Source of the DNA: Escherichia phage M01
Length of the DNA: 45,294 bases
Sequence record: OR061069
Strand: one strand, 5' to 3'
Positions 19,306 through 29,424 of the stretch are shown here, one piece after another (position 1 is the first letter of the stretch; each line of letters opens with the position of its first letter). The position numbers were made by a program, and so were the translations under genes. The notes beneath the pieces were generated by a model. It saw nothing but the letters and a program-made list of their open reading frames with translations. It ran no database searches and had not been told where the DNA came from.

Positions 19306-20641
19306 ATGACCAGACGCAACAACGTCTGGAGTGTCGAGTTAGCTGGCGGCGGAGTGCGTCAAGGCCGTGACACGTATTACGATGTGTTCCCAATAAGCGT
19401 AACCCTGATTACATCCGCAATGGGGCGGCAGGCGTTTCTGTCGTTCCTCGAAAAAGTAGACGGCGGTGCGTCAAGTTTCTGGATGGCGCACGACTTCGGC
19501 ATGGGCATTGAGGATTACCAGGTAACAATTACATCCACCATCGCGGAGTCCACCGAAGACGGCATTAACTGGACGATTACCTTCACGGCAACCGCCGAGA
19601 AATCACCGTTCCAGGACCTAGAGAACCAGTGTCTGATTAACAATCTGCCAGATTTGTATGGCTGTTATGGTGATTGCCTGGGCAGTTTCCTGAAAATATA
19701 CGCGAACTATGAAACGACGTTCCCGCGTATCTGGAGCGACGAAGGGCCCCGCCGGATTATCCGCCGATTAACCTTCTGGCATCGACTCTTGATAGCCGCA
19801 TTGTGTATGACGGGCCACAGGTTTACTACATCAACAGAAATGGCAATCTTGTGCAGTCCGCCGCCAATGAATGGCCTCTTACGTTCATTGATGGTGTTGC
19901 GGTTGGGCGAGTTCCTCCTGAAAATGCTGCAGAAAATATAATAATTGAGTCTTCAAACATAACTGATGCGTCGTGGAATAAGCAGAGGACAACAGTGAGC
20001 TATGACGGAAGCCTGGTTTTATCTTTCGCCGCTACCCCAAATGAAAACACGGGCGCCCACACCATTAATCAGACAGTTCATGCGCAAATTCTAGAAGGTG
20101 AAAAATACACATTCAGTGTTTTTTTAAGGCTAATGGGTATAATTTTGCCAGGCTCCGCGCGGCAAATCAGGATACTACGCACATCTCTTCCGCGATAGTA
20201 GACCTCACATCCGGGACTATTGTCGATGGCGAAGCATATTCCACAATAACATCTATAGGAGGCGGATGGTATCGAGTTACTGAAACTATAACGGCACCAC
20301 CCGGCGGGTTTGACGGCCTCAATCTGTCGATGTGGATTTACGAAACAGCAACAATATCATCGTTTCCAGGGGATGGGGTTAGTGGCATTCTCGCATCCAC
20401 TCCACAAATAGAAAAAACAGAGTTCTCCACGTCCCCAATAGTAACTGAATCGTCATCAGTAACACGCCCATCCGCAGGTGCAAAAGTAGTAATGAACGGC
20501 GCAATAAGCATCGACATAACCTATTCCGACGGCTCTGTGGTAAACGTTCAGGCTGTTGACGGTTATGCCGCCATCCCCCAAGCGGATTCTTCGTGGGGCA
20601 GTAAATACATCACTCGTATCGACTTTAATGTGGGCGGTTAA
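19306..20641 (+). CDS. distal tail protein (lambda M-like N-terminus) with C-terminal extension; frameshifts near 19745 (CCCC run) and 20119-20125 (T7 run); could be two genes
   Basis: N-terminal pattern matches lambda gpM recalled from memory; three frames give a continuous plausible sequence. Confidence 0.45.
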
Positions 20642-20644
20642 TTT

Positions 20645-21160
20645 ATGAGTCAGGAATCAGTAGAAGCAGCCTATCGCCGTAAGCTGGCCTCAAACCCCGA
20701 CGGCGAGATGGACTACATCACGTTGCAAATCAGCCACCCGTTGCTGTCAAAGACGTACTATCTTGTGCGCGGGTTGCAGGAGCTTACAGCAACGCTGGAG
20801 ACAGGAGAAACAATCACGTTCGAACCAACCCCGATGGAAGCGTCGGGTGCTTCGAACAATAGTGATATGGACCAGACGACGACGTTTACTCTACCTGATA
20901 TTCTCAATCAACTGGATGATGAGATGGATAAAATCCCGATGAGTAACACCGAGTTGCCGAAGTTTATTTTTCGCCGTTACGTCAGCACAGACCTGTCTTA
21001 TCCAGCTGACGGCCCTGTCGTGTATGAGTTGCAGGCTATAAACCAAGAGAAGGGTGAGTTCTCTGCGGATGTCGGTACACCTATGCTGAACCAACGAAGC
21101 ACTGGTATACTGATGACACCTAAAGAGATACCGTTATTACGCGGCCTGTTGACCACATGA
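20645..21160 (+). CDS. minor tail protein (L-like position)
   Basis: synteny only. Confidence 0.4.
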   Translation: MSQESVEAAYRRKLASNPDGEMDYITLQISHPLLSKTYYLVRGLQELTATLETGETITFEPTPMEASGASNNSDMDQTTTFTLPDILNQLDDEMDKIPMSNTELPKFIFRRYVSTDLSYPADGPVVYELQAINQEKGEFSADVGTPMLNQRSTGILMTPKEIPLLRGLLTT

Positions 21161-21522
21161 ATATTAACGACTACACGGGCATACCTTACGACTTTCGCAA
21201 ACGCAATTGCTGGCATCACGTGCGCATTGTCCGCGCGGATGCCGGGTTAGAAACACCGGCGTTCGACGTTACAAGCCCAACGGCAATTAACGAAGCGTTT
21301 GACGAAGGCCACCGTGACACGAAGGGGCTTACGAAGATTGATAAGCCTGAAAACTTCTGCGCGGTGCTTATGGGGTATCGACGCGGCGGTCGTATCGTGT
21401 GGCATGCGGGGGTTTACTTCGACGGGATGGTGAGTCATTGCGAGCTTGCTTCACGTCAGGTGCGGCTTGACAGGCTGGCGGACCTCAGAGACACGTACAC
21501 GGAGATTGAATTTTGGCGATAA
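21157..21522 (+). CDS. tail assembly protein K-like (NlpC/P60-type Cys/His)
   Basis: Cys in NCWHHV and His in HAGVY; position. Confidence 0.55.
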   Translation: MNINDYTGIPYDFRKRNCWHHVRIVRADAGLETPAFDVTSPTAINEAFDEGHRDTKGLTKIDKPENFCAVLMGYRRGGRIVWHAGVYFDGMVSHCELASRQVRLDRLADLRDTYTEIEFWR

Positions 21523-24071
21523 TCCTGCACTACACGCGAAACGCTGATGGCGCTTTCGACCGTACAAAACACGTCGGGACGCCGATGGAGTTTGTCGTTA
21601 ACCGTATTCCTGACGGCGTGCCTGTGCGCGTCTACCTCGGCGAAATTGGTGATGATACAGACGTAACGGACGACTTCGATGCGCTTAAAGACGAGGACGC
21701 CGTGTACCACATTATTGAGGGAGCGGGTAGCGGGGCGCTTGGTGCCGTTAGTAAGGTATTTGGTTTTATCCTTAAGCCAATTGCCAAGTTGTTCGGCCTT
21801 AACACAGCCACCAACGCCAACTACACGGCGACTAACAACCAGACAACATCACCAAATAACAGCCTCACAGACCGCTCCAACAAACCACGCCCTTACGAGC
21901 GCTCTTATGACATCTGCGGGACTGTACAGACAATCCCTAACGACCTGATGCAGACGTATAAGGCGTTCAACTCCACCGGTGCTTTGCTGGAGTATTCATA
22001 CTACGACGCAGGGCGCGGGCATCTGTATATTGAGGCTGATGGCGTCACGGAAGGTGACACCCTGATAAGCGACATCACAGGTTCCTCTGTTGCCGTGTAT
22101 GCGCCGTATACGTCGCCGAACAACACCACATCTCCGCAACTACAAATCGGCGACGTCATTGACCAGAAACTCTATGTGACATACTCCAACGACGACGTTG
22201 ACGGTATTGTACTGAAAGCTCCAAACGACATTGGGGCTAACCCAAGCGCCGACGGGAAAGTTCGTTATGACTCGTCAACTAAAATAGGCTACATATATGA
22301 TAGCTCTGGGGATTCCGCCTTCACCGAGTTTCTTAACGTCGGAGACATCGCGGTCTTAACTGAATTTTGGGTTAAGGACGTTGCCGTTTTAGACGGGGAG
22401 TTTGAAGTTCTTTACGTGGACGATTTTGAGGTGAGAATAGCTACAGGCGGTACTAACCAATGGCCTAACCTCGGAAGCACCACCTACAACCTGACCGAGC
22501 AATCAATCACGTTTATCGGGCCTAAAGACACTTATGAACCCTCGCTTTCAGACTGGTACTACATGGTGCGGGGAGAAGTTGACCGGGTGCTCGTTAACGT
22601 TGCAGGGCAAAACGGTCTCTACAAATACGACGGCGGCTATAACCGCACCAGCGTAACCGTAGAACTCCAGTACCAGATGATTGATTCTCAACGCAACCCG
22701 TTGAGCGATATCTACACGGTACAGGCTACGATTACCGGTAATAGCACGGATTACGTCGGTACGACCATTTATGGGCAGTTGCCTACCGCATCGCGTTTCC
22801 GCGCCCGTATGCGCCGTATAACGAATTTTGATAAGGACTACGACGGAACGGTAAGCGACGAGATAACCTTCATCAACCTTTATGGGCAATCACTCGACAC
22901 CACCCCACACTACGGCAACAGAACTACCGTACATTGCGCCCGTAAACAGACGCCACGTGCCGCCAGCATAGACAACCCGGAACTGCGCATGATTGCGACC
23001 GAGATGTGCTACAAATACTTAGGCAATGGGGTGTTCGATACAGTAATGTCGCCAAATACCCAGGCTGTGCAGTCACTAATTCGACTGGCGCGCGACCCTG
23101 CAGTGGGCAATCTGGAACTGACGACGGCAAACATGGACAAGTTACTTGCTGTGCAGGAAGAAATTGAGTCCTATTTTGGTAGCGAATTGGCCGGGCAATT
23201 CTGCTATACATTCGACGACTACGACACCACGATGCAGGACATCGTCCAGACCATAGCGGAAGCCGTGTTCTGCACCGCGTACCGTAAAGGCGCGGATATT
23301 ATGCTGCGATTCGACCGTCCGGTTGCGGGGCCTGAAATGGTGTTCACCCACCGCAGTAAAACGACCGGTACGGAGAAATGGACGCGCACGTTCAATGATT
23401 CCACGACATACGATAGCCTTTCGTTCTCGTACATTGACCCGGATACAAACGTACAGGAAACGATTTATATCCCGGAAGAACTCGGCGCAAACACCGAGGA
23501 ATACGAATCGAAGGGTGTACGCAACTACCAACAGGCATATTGGCTGGCGTGGCGTCGATACCAGCGCAACGCGTTAAGTAAAGTTGTCGTAGAGTTCGAA
23601 GCCACTGAAGAAGGCGCGCTCGCCACACCCGGCGGTGTAATCAGCGTGGTTAAAGGTTCACGTATCGCGCCACAGGACGGCTATGTTGTTGCCGTTAATG
23701 GGCTTACGTTGACGCTGTCTCAGCCTATTACGTTTACTCCCGGTGACGACCACTCCATCATCCTCAAGAAGCGCGATGGCTCCGTGCAGAGTATTTCTGT
23801 TATCAAAGGAAGCCACGACCGCGAAGTGATTATGCTCTCCGCGCCGGAGGAGGCAATCTACACGGGGAATAGCGCACTAAAAACTGAGTTTTCATTCGGC
23901 AACGAAGCAAGGCATAATGCTCAGAAGATAGTTGTTTCTTCAATCGACCCGGGCGACGACCGCACGGTCAAGATTACGGGCTACAACTATGACGACGGAT
24001 TCTATAAATACGACGGCGTCGCGCCATACGGCAGCGGTTTCTCCGACGGATTCAGCAATGGTTTTAATTAA
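21513..24071 (+). CDS. central tail fiber / host specificity protein (lambda I/J-like); TTG start in track, first ATG at 21585
   Basis: 852 aa continuous ORF after K. Confidence 0.6.
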   Translation: MAIILHYTRNADGAFDRTKHVGTPMEFVVNRIPDGVPVRVYLGEIGDDTDVTDDFDALKDEDAVYHIIEGAGSGALGAVSKVFGFILKPIAKLFGLNTATNANYTATNNQTTSPNNSLTDRSNKPRPYERSYDICGTVQTIPNDLMQTYKAFNSTGALLEYSYYDAGRGHLYIEADGVTEGDTLISDITGSSVAVYAPYTSPNNTTSPQLQIGDVIDQKLYVTYSNDDVDGIVLKAPNDIGANPSADGKVRYDSSTKIGYIYDSSGDSAFTEFLNVGDIAVLTEFWVKDVAVLDGEFEVLYVDDFEVRIATGGTNQWPNLGSTTYNLTEQSITFIGPKDTYEPSLSDWYYMVRGEVDRVLVNVAGQNGLYKYDGGYNRTSVTVELQYQMIDSQRNPLSDIYTVQATITGNSTDYVGTTIYGQLPTASRFRARMRRITNFDKDYDGTVSDEITFINLYGQSLDTTPHYGNRTTVHCARKQTPRAASIDNPELRMIATEMCYKYLGNGVFDTVMSPNTQAVQSLIRLARDPAVGNLELTTANMDKLLAVQEEIESYFGSELAGQFCYTFDDYDTTMQDIVQTIAEAVFCTAYRKGADIMLRFDRPVAGPEMVFTHRSKTTGTEKWTRTFNDSTTYDSLSFSYIDPDTNVQETIYIPEELGANTEEYESKGVRNYQQAYWLAWRRYQRNALSKVVVEFEATEEGALATPGGVISVVKGSRIAPQDGYVVAVNGLTLTLSQPITFTPGDDHSIILKKRDGSVQSISVIKGSHDREVIMLSAPEEAIYTGNSALKTEFSFGNEARHNAQKIVVSSIDPGDDRTVKITGYNYDDGFYKYDGVAPYGSGFSDGFSNGFN

Positions 24072-24083
24072 AGAGGACTCTAT

Positions 24084-25735
24084 ATGTCAAGCGGATGCGG
24101 TGACGTTTTAAGCCTGGCGGATTTACAGATCGCCAAAAAACACCAGATTTTCGAAGCCGAGGTTATCACAGGTAAATCCGGCGGGGTTGCTGGGGGCGCG
24201 GATATTGATTACGCGACCAATGCTGTTACGGGTCAGGCACAGAAGACCCTCCCGGCCGTGTTGCGTGACGCTGGCTTTTCTCCCGTGTCGTGGGATTTTT
24301 CAACCGGCGGAACGTTCACGGCTAACGACCGCGACAAAGTGGTGTACGACCCGGTAAGCAATACATGGTACTCGTACGCGGGTACGCTTCCGGTTGCGGT
24401 TCCTGCAGCGTTTTAACCCGGTTGGCAACGCTAGACTGGAAACCGCAGACAGACCCGGATTTGCGTACGGAGTTAGGGTCTGCACAAGGTGCCGATATGA
24501 TCGGACTCCCGCAAGGTGGTACTGTGGCGCAAGGGGTAGATGTGGTAACGCCCGCTATGTTTGGCGCTGTTGGCGACGGCGTTGCAGATGACTCAGTTGC
24601 AATACAGGCCGCAATGGATTATTGCCAGATTAACAATAGAAAGCTAGTCATTCCATCCCGGCGCTATCGAATCACCAAGCCATTGCTATATCGCAATCAA
24701 GGTTTTTATAACTATGAGATTGAAGGGCACGGAGGTGCTGCTGTAATCATCATGGATTCTCTGGAAAAAACTGGAATTACTGCGCCTGATGCCTTTGGCG
24801 ATGATTTTAACGTTAACGCCGCGATGGTAGTTCTGAATGACACTAACCAGAGTAAGTATTGCCGCATTAGTGGATTGCGCTTCGAATCACCAGTTGGTGC
24901 TGAATACGCTATTTATGTTGGGCAAACCGAGAATAGCTATATCCATGACTGCTTTTGTACTGGGTTCACATTTGGATGGTACGACATTGGATCATGGATA
25001 TGCCGGATAGAGCGATGTGTCGCGCGCAGTATTGTAGATACTGGTTTTTTCAAGAAGACTGGGACGAGTACTAATATCAGTGAATGCTATGCGGACCAGA
25101 TGGAGCGAGGGTATTATTTAGGCGGTGGGTATTCGTCGATAGTAAATTGCGCATGTGATAAGACCACGCGCTGGGGTTATTACTTTAAAGGCGGCCCTGC
25201 AGGAACCGATTTAGCTACGTTCAGTATGAAAGGGTGCGGCTCAGAGCAATCAGGTGCAGATTCAGTATTCTACGTGGACGGCTTGGTTTCGCTAAGCATA
25301 GAAGACCATAACGCGTTCAACGATCCTTCTTTATCCGCCGCGCCAGCTGCATTACTTAGCATGGCTTCGAATACATCATATTCACAAGTTGTGCTGAAAA
25401 ATATTAGAACAGTAAATGTAGATACATTAATTTTGGATGCTGCTGACCATAATTATTTTGATTTAACAAACGTCACATGTCGTAGCGCCATGTCTAAAGA
25501 GTTTTACTTAGGGAGTAATTCAAGAGTTTTAAAAAGGACGTATGATGGCACGCGATTTATTACTAGCAACGACCAAGTTGGTATTGGATTTACGGAATCT
25601 GATATCGTTGACGGATGGACAGATCTCACTTTATCTGGGTTGCGAAATGGGCAGTTTGTAATTAGAAGGTCTATATCCGTATCTAGGACTTCGGGAGACG
25701 CTGGTGCGGCAGTTGTAACACTCCTTTTAATATGA
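24084..25735 (+). CDS. tailspike with pectate-lyase-like beta-helix domain, frameshift near 24380-24420
   Basis: conserved N-terminal anchor; motif AMFGAVGDGVADDS; C-terminal half AT-rich. Confidence 0.65.
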
Positions 25736-25920
25736 ACACCAATTACACTGTTGCAGCTACGCTTGAAGGTACATTCAGTCAGCTGCAATCCATTTGCCCT
25801 GTGTTCAGTGTTACAGATAAAACATCATCTAGTTTTTCCTTGTGTGCGTCATCGGCAAAAGGCAACACTTCATGGTCGGCTATAACTGTTGAAGTTATTA
25901 TATATGGGTTAAAAGCTTAA
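25732..25920 (+). CDS. small ORF, possibly a frameshifted C-terminal extension of the tailspike
   Basis: overlaps tailspike stop; ends at terminator. Confidence 0.25.
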   Translation: MNTNYTVAATLEGTFSQLQSICPVFSVTDKTSSSFSLCASSAKGNTSWSAITVEVIIYGLKA

Positions 25921-25923
25921 AAC

Positions 25924-25950
25924 TAAGGCCCCAAACGGGGCCTTTTCTCT
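25924..25950. terminator. bidirectional terminator between convergent late and replication operons
   Basis: aaggcccc-aaac-ggggcctt flanked by T-rich tracts. Confidence 0.6.
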
Positions 25951-26086
25951 ACTCTTCCGATAACTTCTCCAGTACAAACGCCAGTTGCGCATTAGCGGCA
26001 TCTCTCTGTTGCCGTAGTCGTAGAACCTCCTCCTCAAGTTCCTTGATACGTTTTTGCAATGCCGGAATCGGTGCTATGATGTTCAT
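25949..26086 (-). CDS. hypothetical small coiled-coil protein (44 aa)
   Basis: ATG overlaps stop of upstream gene. Confidence 0.3.
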   Translation of the reverse strand: MNIIAPIPALQKRIKELEEEVLRLRQQRDAANAQLAFVLEKLSEE

Positions 26087-26600
26087 CTGGTAAATTTCCT
26101 CGCAAGATACGTTATTTCTTCTTCACAAAGTTCATCAAGGTCGTTTGACACAAATCCTCTGGTGAATGTTTTGCTGAACTTTAAGCCAGCTTTATCATTG
26201 TCGCCCGCGCACACCCAGTCATACGGCAAAAGTGACATTTGCTGCCGTAGGTCAGTTGGTATATTTGACCCCAAGTGCGCTTACGGCATTGAACCCGCAA
26301 TTCATCAAAGCAACAGCTTTAAATATGCTTTCGGTAACAAATACGGTCCCGCTTTCGCGGAAGGTATTCCAACCCCCATAAACAAGGTCTTGTTGTTCTG
26401 GTGAAGTACCGCGCGTCTTTAGGATTTTTACAGTTCTTTTCAGCATGTGGCTTGTAATGCTGGTATCCGCGAAGCCTACCATCAAACCCCCACAGGTAAA
26501 ATGTAGCTACTCCAGAGCCTAAGACTACACGTAAACGGTCAGCGTCAAAACCTCGCGACAGCAGATGCACCTTAAGTAGTAACTCCTCGCAATCCATCAT
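26083..26600 (-). CDS. TOPRIM-domain primase-like protein, frameshifted
   Basis: motifs VFVTESIFKA and GDNDKAG across three frames. Confidence 0.45.
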
Positions 26601-28023
26601 TTCTTACCTCGTCTCTTCATGTAATTAAACAATTCTTCCTGCACCGATTTCTTCTCGTCGGTACGCGCAGCGACAACCTCGTCCAGCGTGTCTTTAGCAA
26701 CGATATGATAGAGGAACACCGGTCGCTCGTGACCCGCCTGTTTCTGGCGGACAGGGCCTATGCGTTCGACAACCTGCAAATAGTGCTCAAGGTTCCAGCC
26801 TTGCGAGATGAATGCCAGATGGTGTCCTCCGTCCTGTAAATTCAAACCATGACCGGCTGACGCGGGATGCACGCATAAGATTTCTATTTCACCCGCGGTT
26901 CCACGCCTCCATCTGCTTATTACCCTTCGCGCCTTTGGCAAACGCCTGCGCCTGCGGGAATCGCTTAAGGATGCGCTCCAGTTCGTGCTTGAACTGATAG
27001 GCCACCAGTAACGGTAGCGCCCTGTAACTCCTCAACAATGGACTCGAGCGCATCAAGTTTCGTGTCGTGCACTTTCTCCCATTCTTTGGTTGATTCGCCA
27101 TCTGGCCCCGATACATACACGGCACCGGAGGCAATCTGTAGGCACTTCGACGTCTTCGCCGCAGCGTTAGCCGCTTCAACTTCTCCGCTCTCCAGTTCCG
27201 CGAATAACTTCTCCTCCATATCGATGTACGCCTGACGTGCTTTCTTCGGCAGGTCGATTTCAACCGGCACAATAATCGGCGCTTCACACCCGAACCACTC
27301 GGCGGCGTCAATCGTGAGACTAATGTCCTTCATCTTCTGGTGAATTTCATTATCCGCACCCGGTCGCGCATGATACTCACGCGCCATAGCTGACTTACCT
27401 TTCTGTACCGAGTTAAACCAGCGGTCGGTGAAGGCGGTGTATGAAGACCCGAGGCGCTCACCAGCGTCGATAAACCAGTTCTGGCCCCACAAGTCTTTGA
27501 GGCCGTTTGGCGACGGTGTACCTGTCAGGTTGATAAAACGTTTAACCTTACCGAACGCAACTTTACTAAGCGCCTTCGCTCTCTTACTGCCACCTGAACG
27601 GCTGCGGAATGATTTCAGCTTCGTGCTCTCGTCTGCAACGATAACAGTAAATGGCCAGTCGTCTTTGCCGTAGTAGTCAATCAGCCACTCAATAACTTCG
27701 TAGTTTGTGCAAACCACGTTAGCATCAGACTCCAGCGCCGCGATGCGGCGCTTCTCTGAACCGGTGGCATCGACGACACGCAGACAGGGAAGTTCCACTT
27801 CGTCTTGCTCCGCGGGCCACGTACCGGACGCAACCCGCAGCGGGGCGAGGATTAACACGCGGTCCTCTTCAGTAAGCTGCCCGTTGCGGAACAGTCGGTT
27901 TAACACCCACATTGTCGACGAGGTCTTGCCGCCGCCCATACCGCACCAGATATTGCAACGTGGGTGCTGTAGCATAAACGACGTCATTATTTTCTGATAT
28001 TCCCTGCGCCTAAACTTACTCAT
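26597..28023 (-). CDS. SNF2-family DNA helicase, frameshifts near 26900-26965
   Basis: Walker A GMGGGKT; DEAD-box-like VIVADES; helicase C-terminal motifs in adjacent frame. Confidence 0.7.
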
Positions 28024-28516
28024 GCCTTGAACTCCCCGAAGTATATTTCCGCGGCTCTTTGGTATACGCGCGACGCTTCTTCTATAGTATCAAAATAGCC
28101 AAGGTGGATGTATTTGTTGTTGACGCCTATTCTGGCGCGCCACCTGCCAGAGGGTATTTGGTAAACCCCTACCGCGCCGCTAGTGTTATGTGATGAGCAG
28201 TCTCGGTTCTGAATCTGCTGGCTCCTGGCTGCTGGCCTTATATTATTTATGGCGTTATTAGCCCTGTTACGGTCTTTATGGTCAAGCTCACCATTATGAT
28301 ATTCTCCGTAGACGAAAGCCCATGCCAGATGGTGGGCTTTTATTCTTACACCGGAGACTGTAATAACTATGTATCCTTTGTCGTTTGGCCCTCCGGCTAC
28401 CTCCCCGCATTTCTCCCTTTAATGCTTACTTTTCGTGTAAATATACCTGTTTCGGGGTCATAGTTAAGAAGACGTTTCGCCTCCTCAATATCAGGCCTTC
28501 TTGTTAATTTGTTCAT
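28020..28516 (-). CDS. HNH homing endonuclease with AP2-like domain, frameshifted
   Basis: HNH-type His cluster AHHLAW...DHKDRNRANN; AP2-like C-terminus; ATGA overlaps both sides. Confidence 0.55.
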
Positions 28517-28704
28517 TTCAACACCAGAACTAACTCTTTACGCCCAAACGCCGTAACGTTGCCGGTTACATCTTCAATAACCAGTTTACCGTTCGACTCT
28601 ACGTACACCGTATCAACGGCAACAGGGCGACGGGTCTTAACGTTGAAAATCATGTCGCCAGGTACGATGTCGCGTGCTGGTTTGCGGTCATATTCGTGTT
28701 TCAT
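28513..28704 (-). CDS. hypothetical protein (63 aa)
   Basis: RBS aaggaa; ATG 28704. Confidence 0.4.
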   Translation of the reverse strand: MKHEYDRKPARDIVPGDMIFNVKTRRPVAVDTVYVESNGKLVIEDVTGNVTAFGRKELVLVLK

Positions 28705-28734
28705 TTCTCAATTCCTTATATTGTTGGTGTAGGA

Positions 28735-29218
28735 CTAACTATAATAGCTCGCTATTAGGTCGTCAACCTGTTTAAACGAACCAACGACAAAAACATTAGC
28801 ACCGCGTTTACGCATCCGCTCATGCTCCCGTAACTGGTGCGGGTCTGGCTTCGTGTTTTCGTCTTTCTTCACCTCGACGAACCAGACGATGCCGCCGGGG
28901 AGAATTGCCAGCAGGTCGGGGGCGCCGGAGCGTCCTTCGTAGGAGAGCTTACGAACGAGGCCACCAATGGCCTCGAATCGGTCTTTGCGTATTTCTGTAT
29001 CTTGCCTTCCGGTGTCACAGCAAAGGCTCCGCATCTGGATTACGCAGGAAGTACGCTTGATAGATGTCGTGTTCCGAATAGTAAACGCCTTTGTGCGTGC
29101 ACCCCGCGCAAACGTCACTGAAGAACCCATCACCCATTACCATGATAAATTCCCATTCTGGCATATCCACCAACGCCGCTAGTTTCTTACTAAATGGCTT
29201 GTTACTCATAATACGCAC
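28735..29218 (-). CDS. VRR-NUC domain nuclease, frameshift near 29030
   Basis: motif GAPDLLAILPGGIVWFVEVKK. Confidence 0.55.
28738..28766 (-). promoter_or_regulatory. sigma70-like promoter with IR in spacer (-35 TTGACG, 17 bp, -10 TATAGT)
   Basis: IR aatag-ctcg-ctatt 28743-28756; overlaps last codons of VRR-NUC gene. Confidence 0.5.
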
Positions 29219-29292
29219 CCCTCACGTTTCGTATGCTCAACTACCGCAGCGCGGACAGATTCGACAGTCTTCTTCATAGAACCAGTAAATTT

Positions 29293-29424
29293 TCATTCCA
29301 GCACCCACAGATAAATTGCGATGAACATGCCCAATACGGCTACCATCATGCCGTATTGGCCCTCGTGACAGTAGACACCGGCAGCGAATCCCGCCAGTAC
29401 CGCGATAATCAGTTTACTTAGCAT
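29293..29424 (-). CDS. small membrane protein (43 aa)
   Basis: hydrophobic; ATG just after polymerase stop. Confidence 0.3.
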   Translation of the reverse strand: MLSKLIIAVLAGFAAGVYCHEGQYGMMVAVLGMFIAIYLWVLE

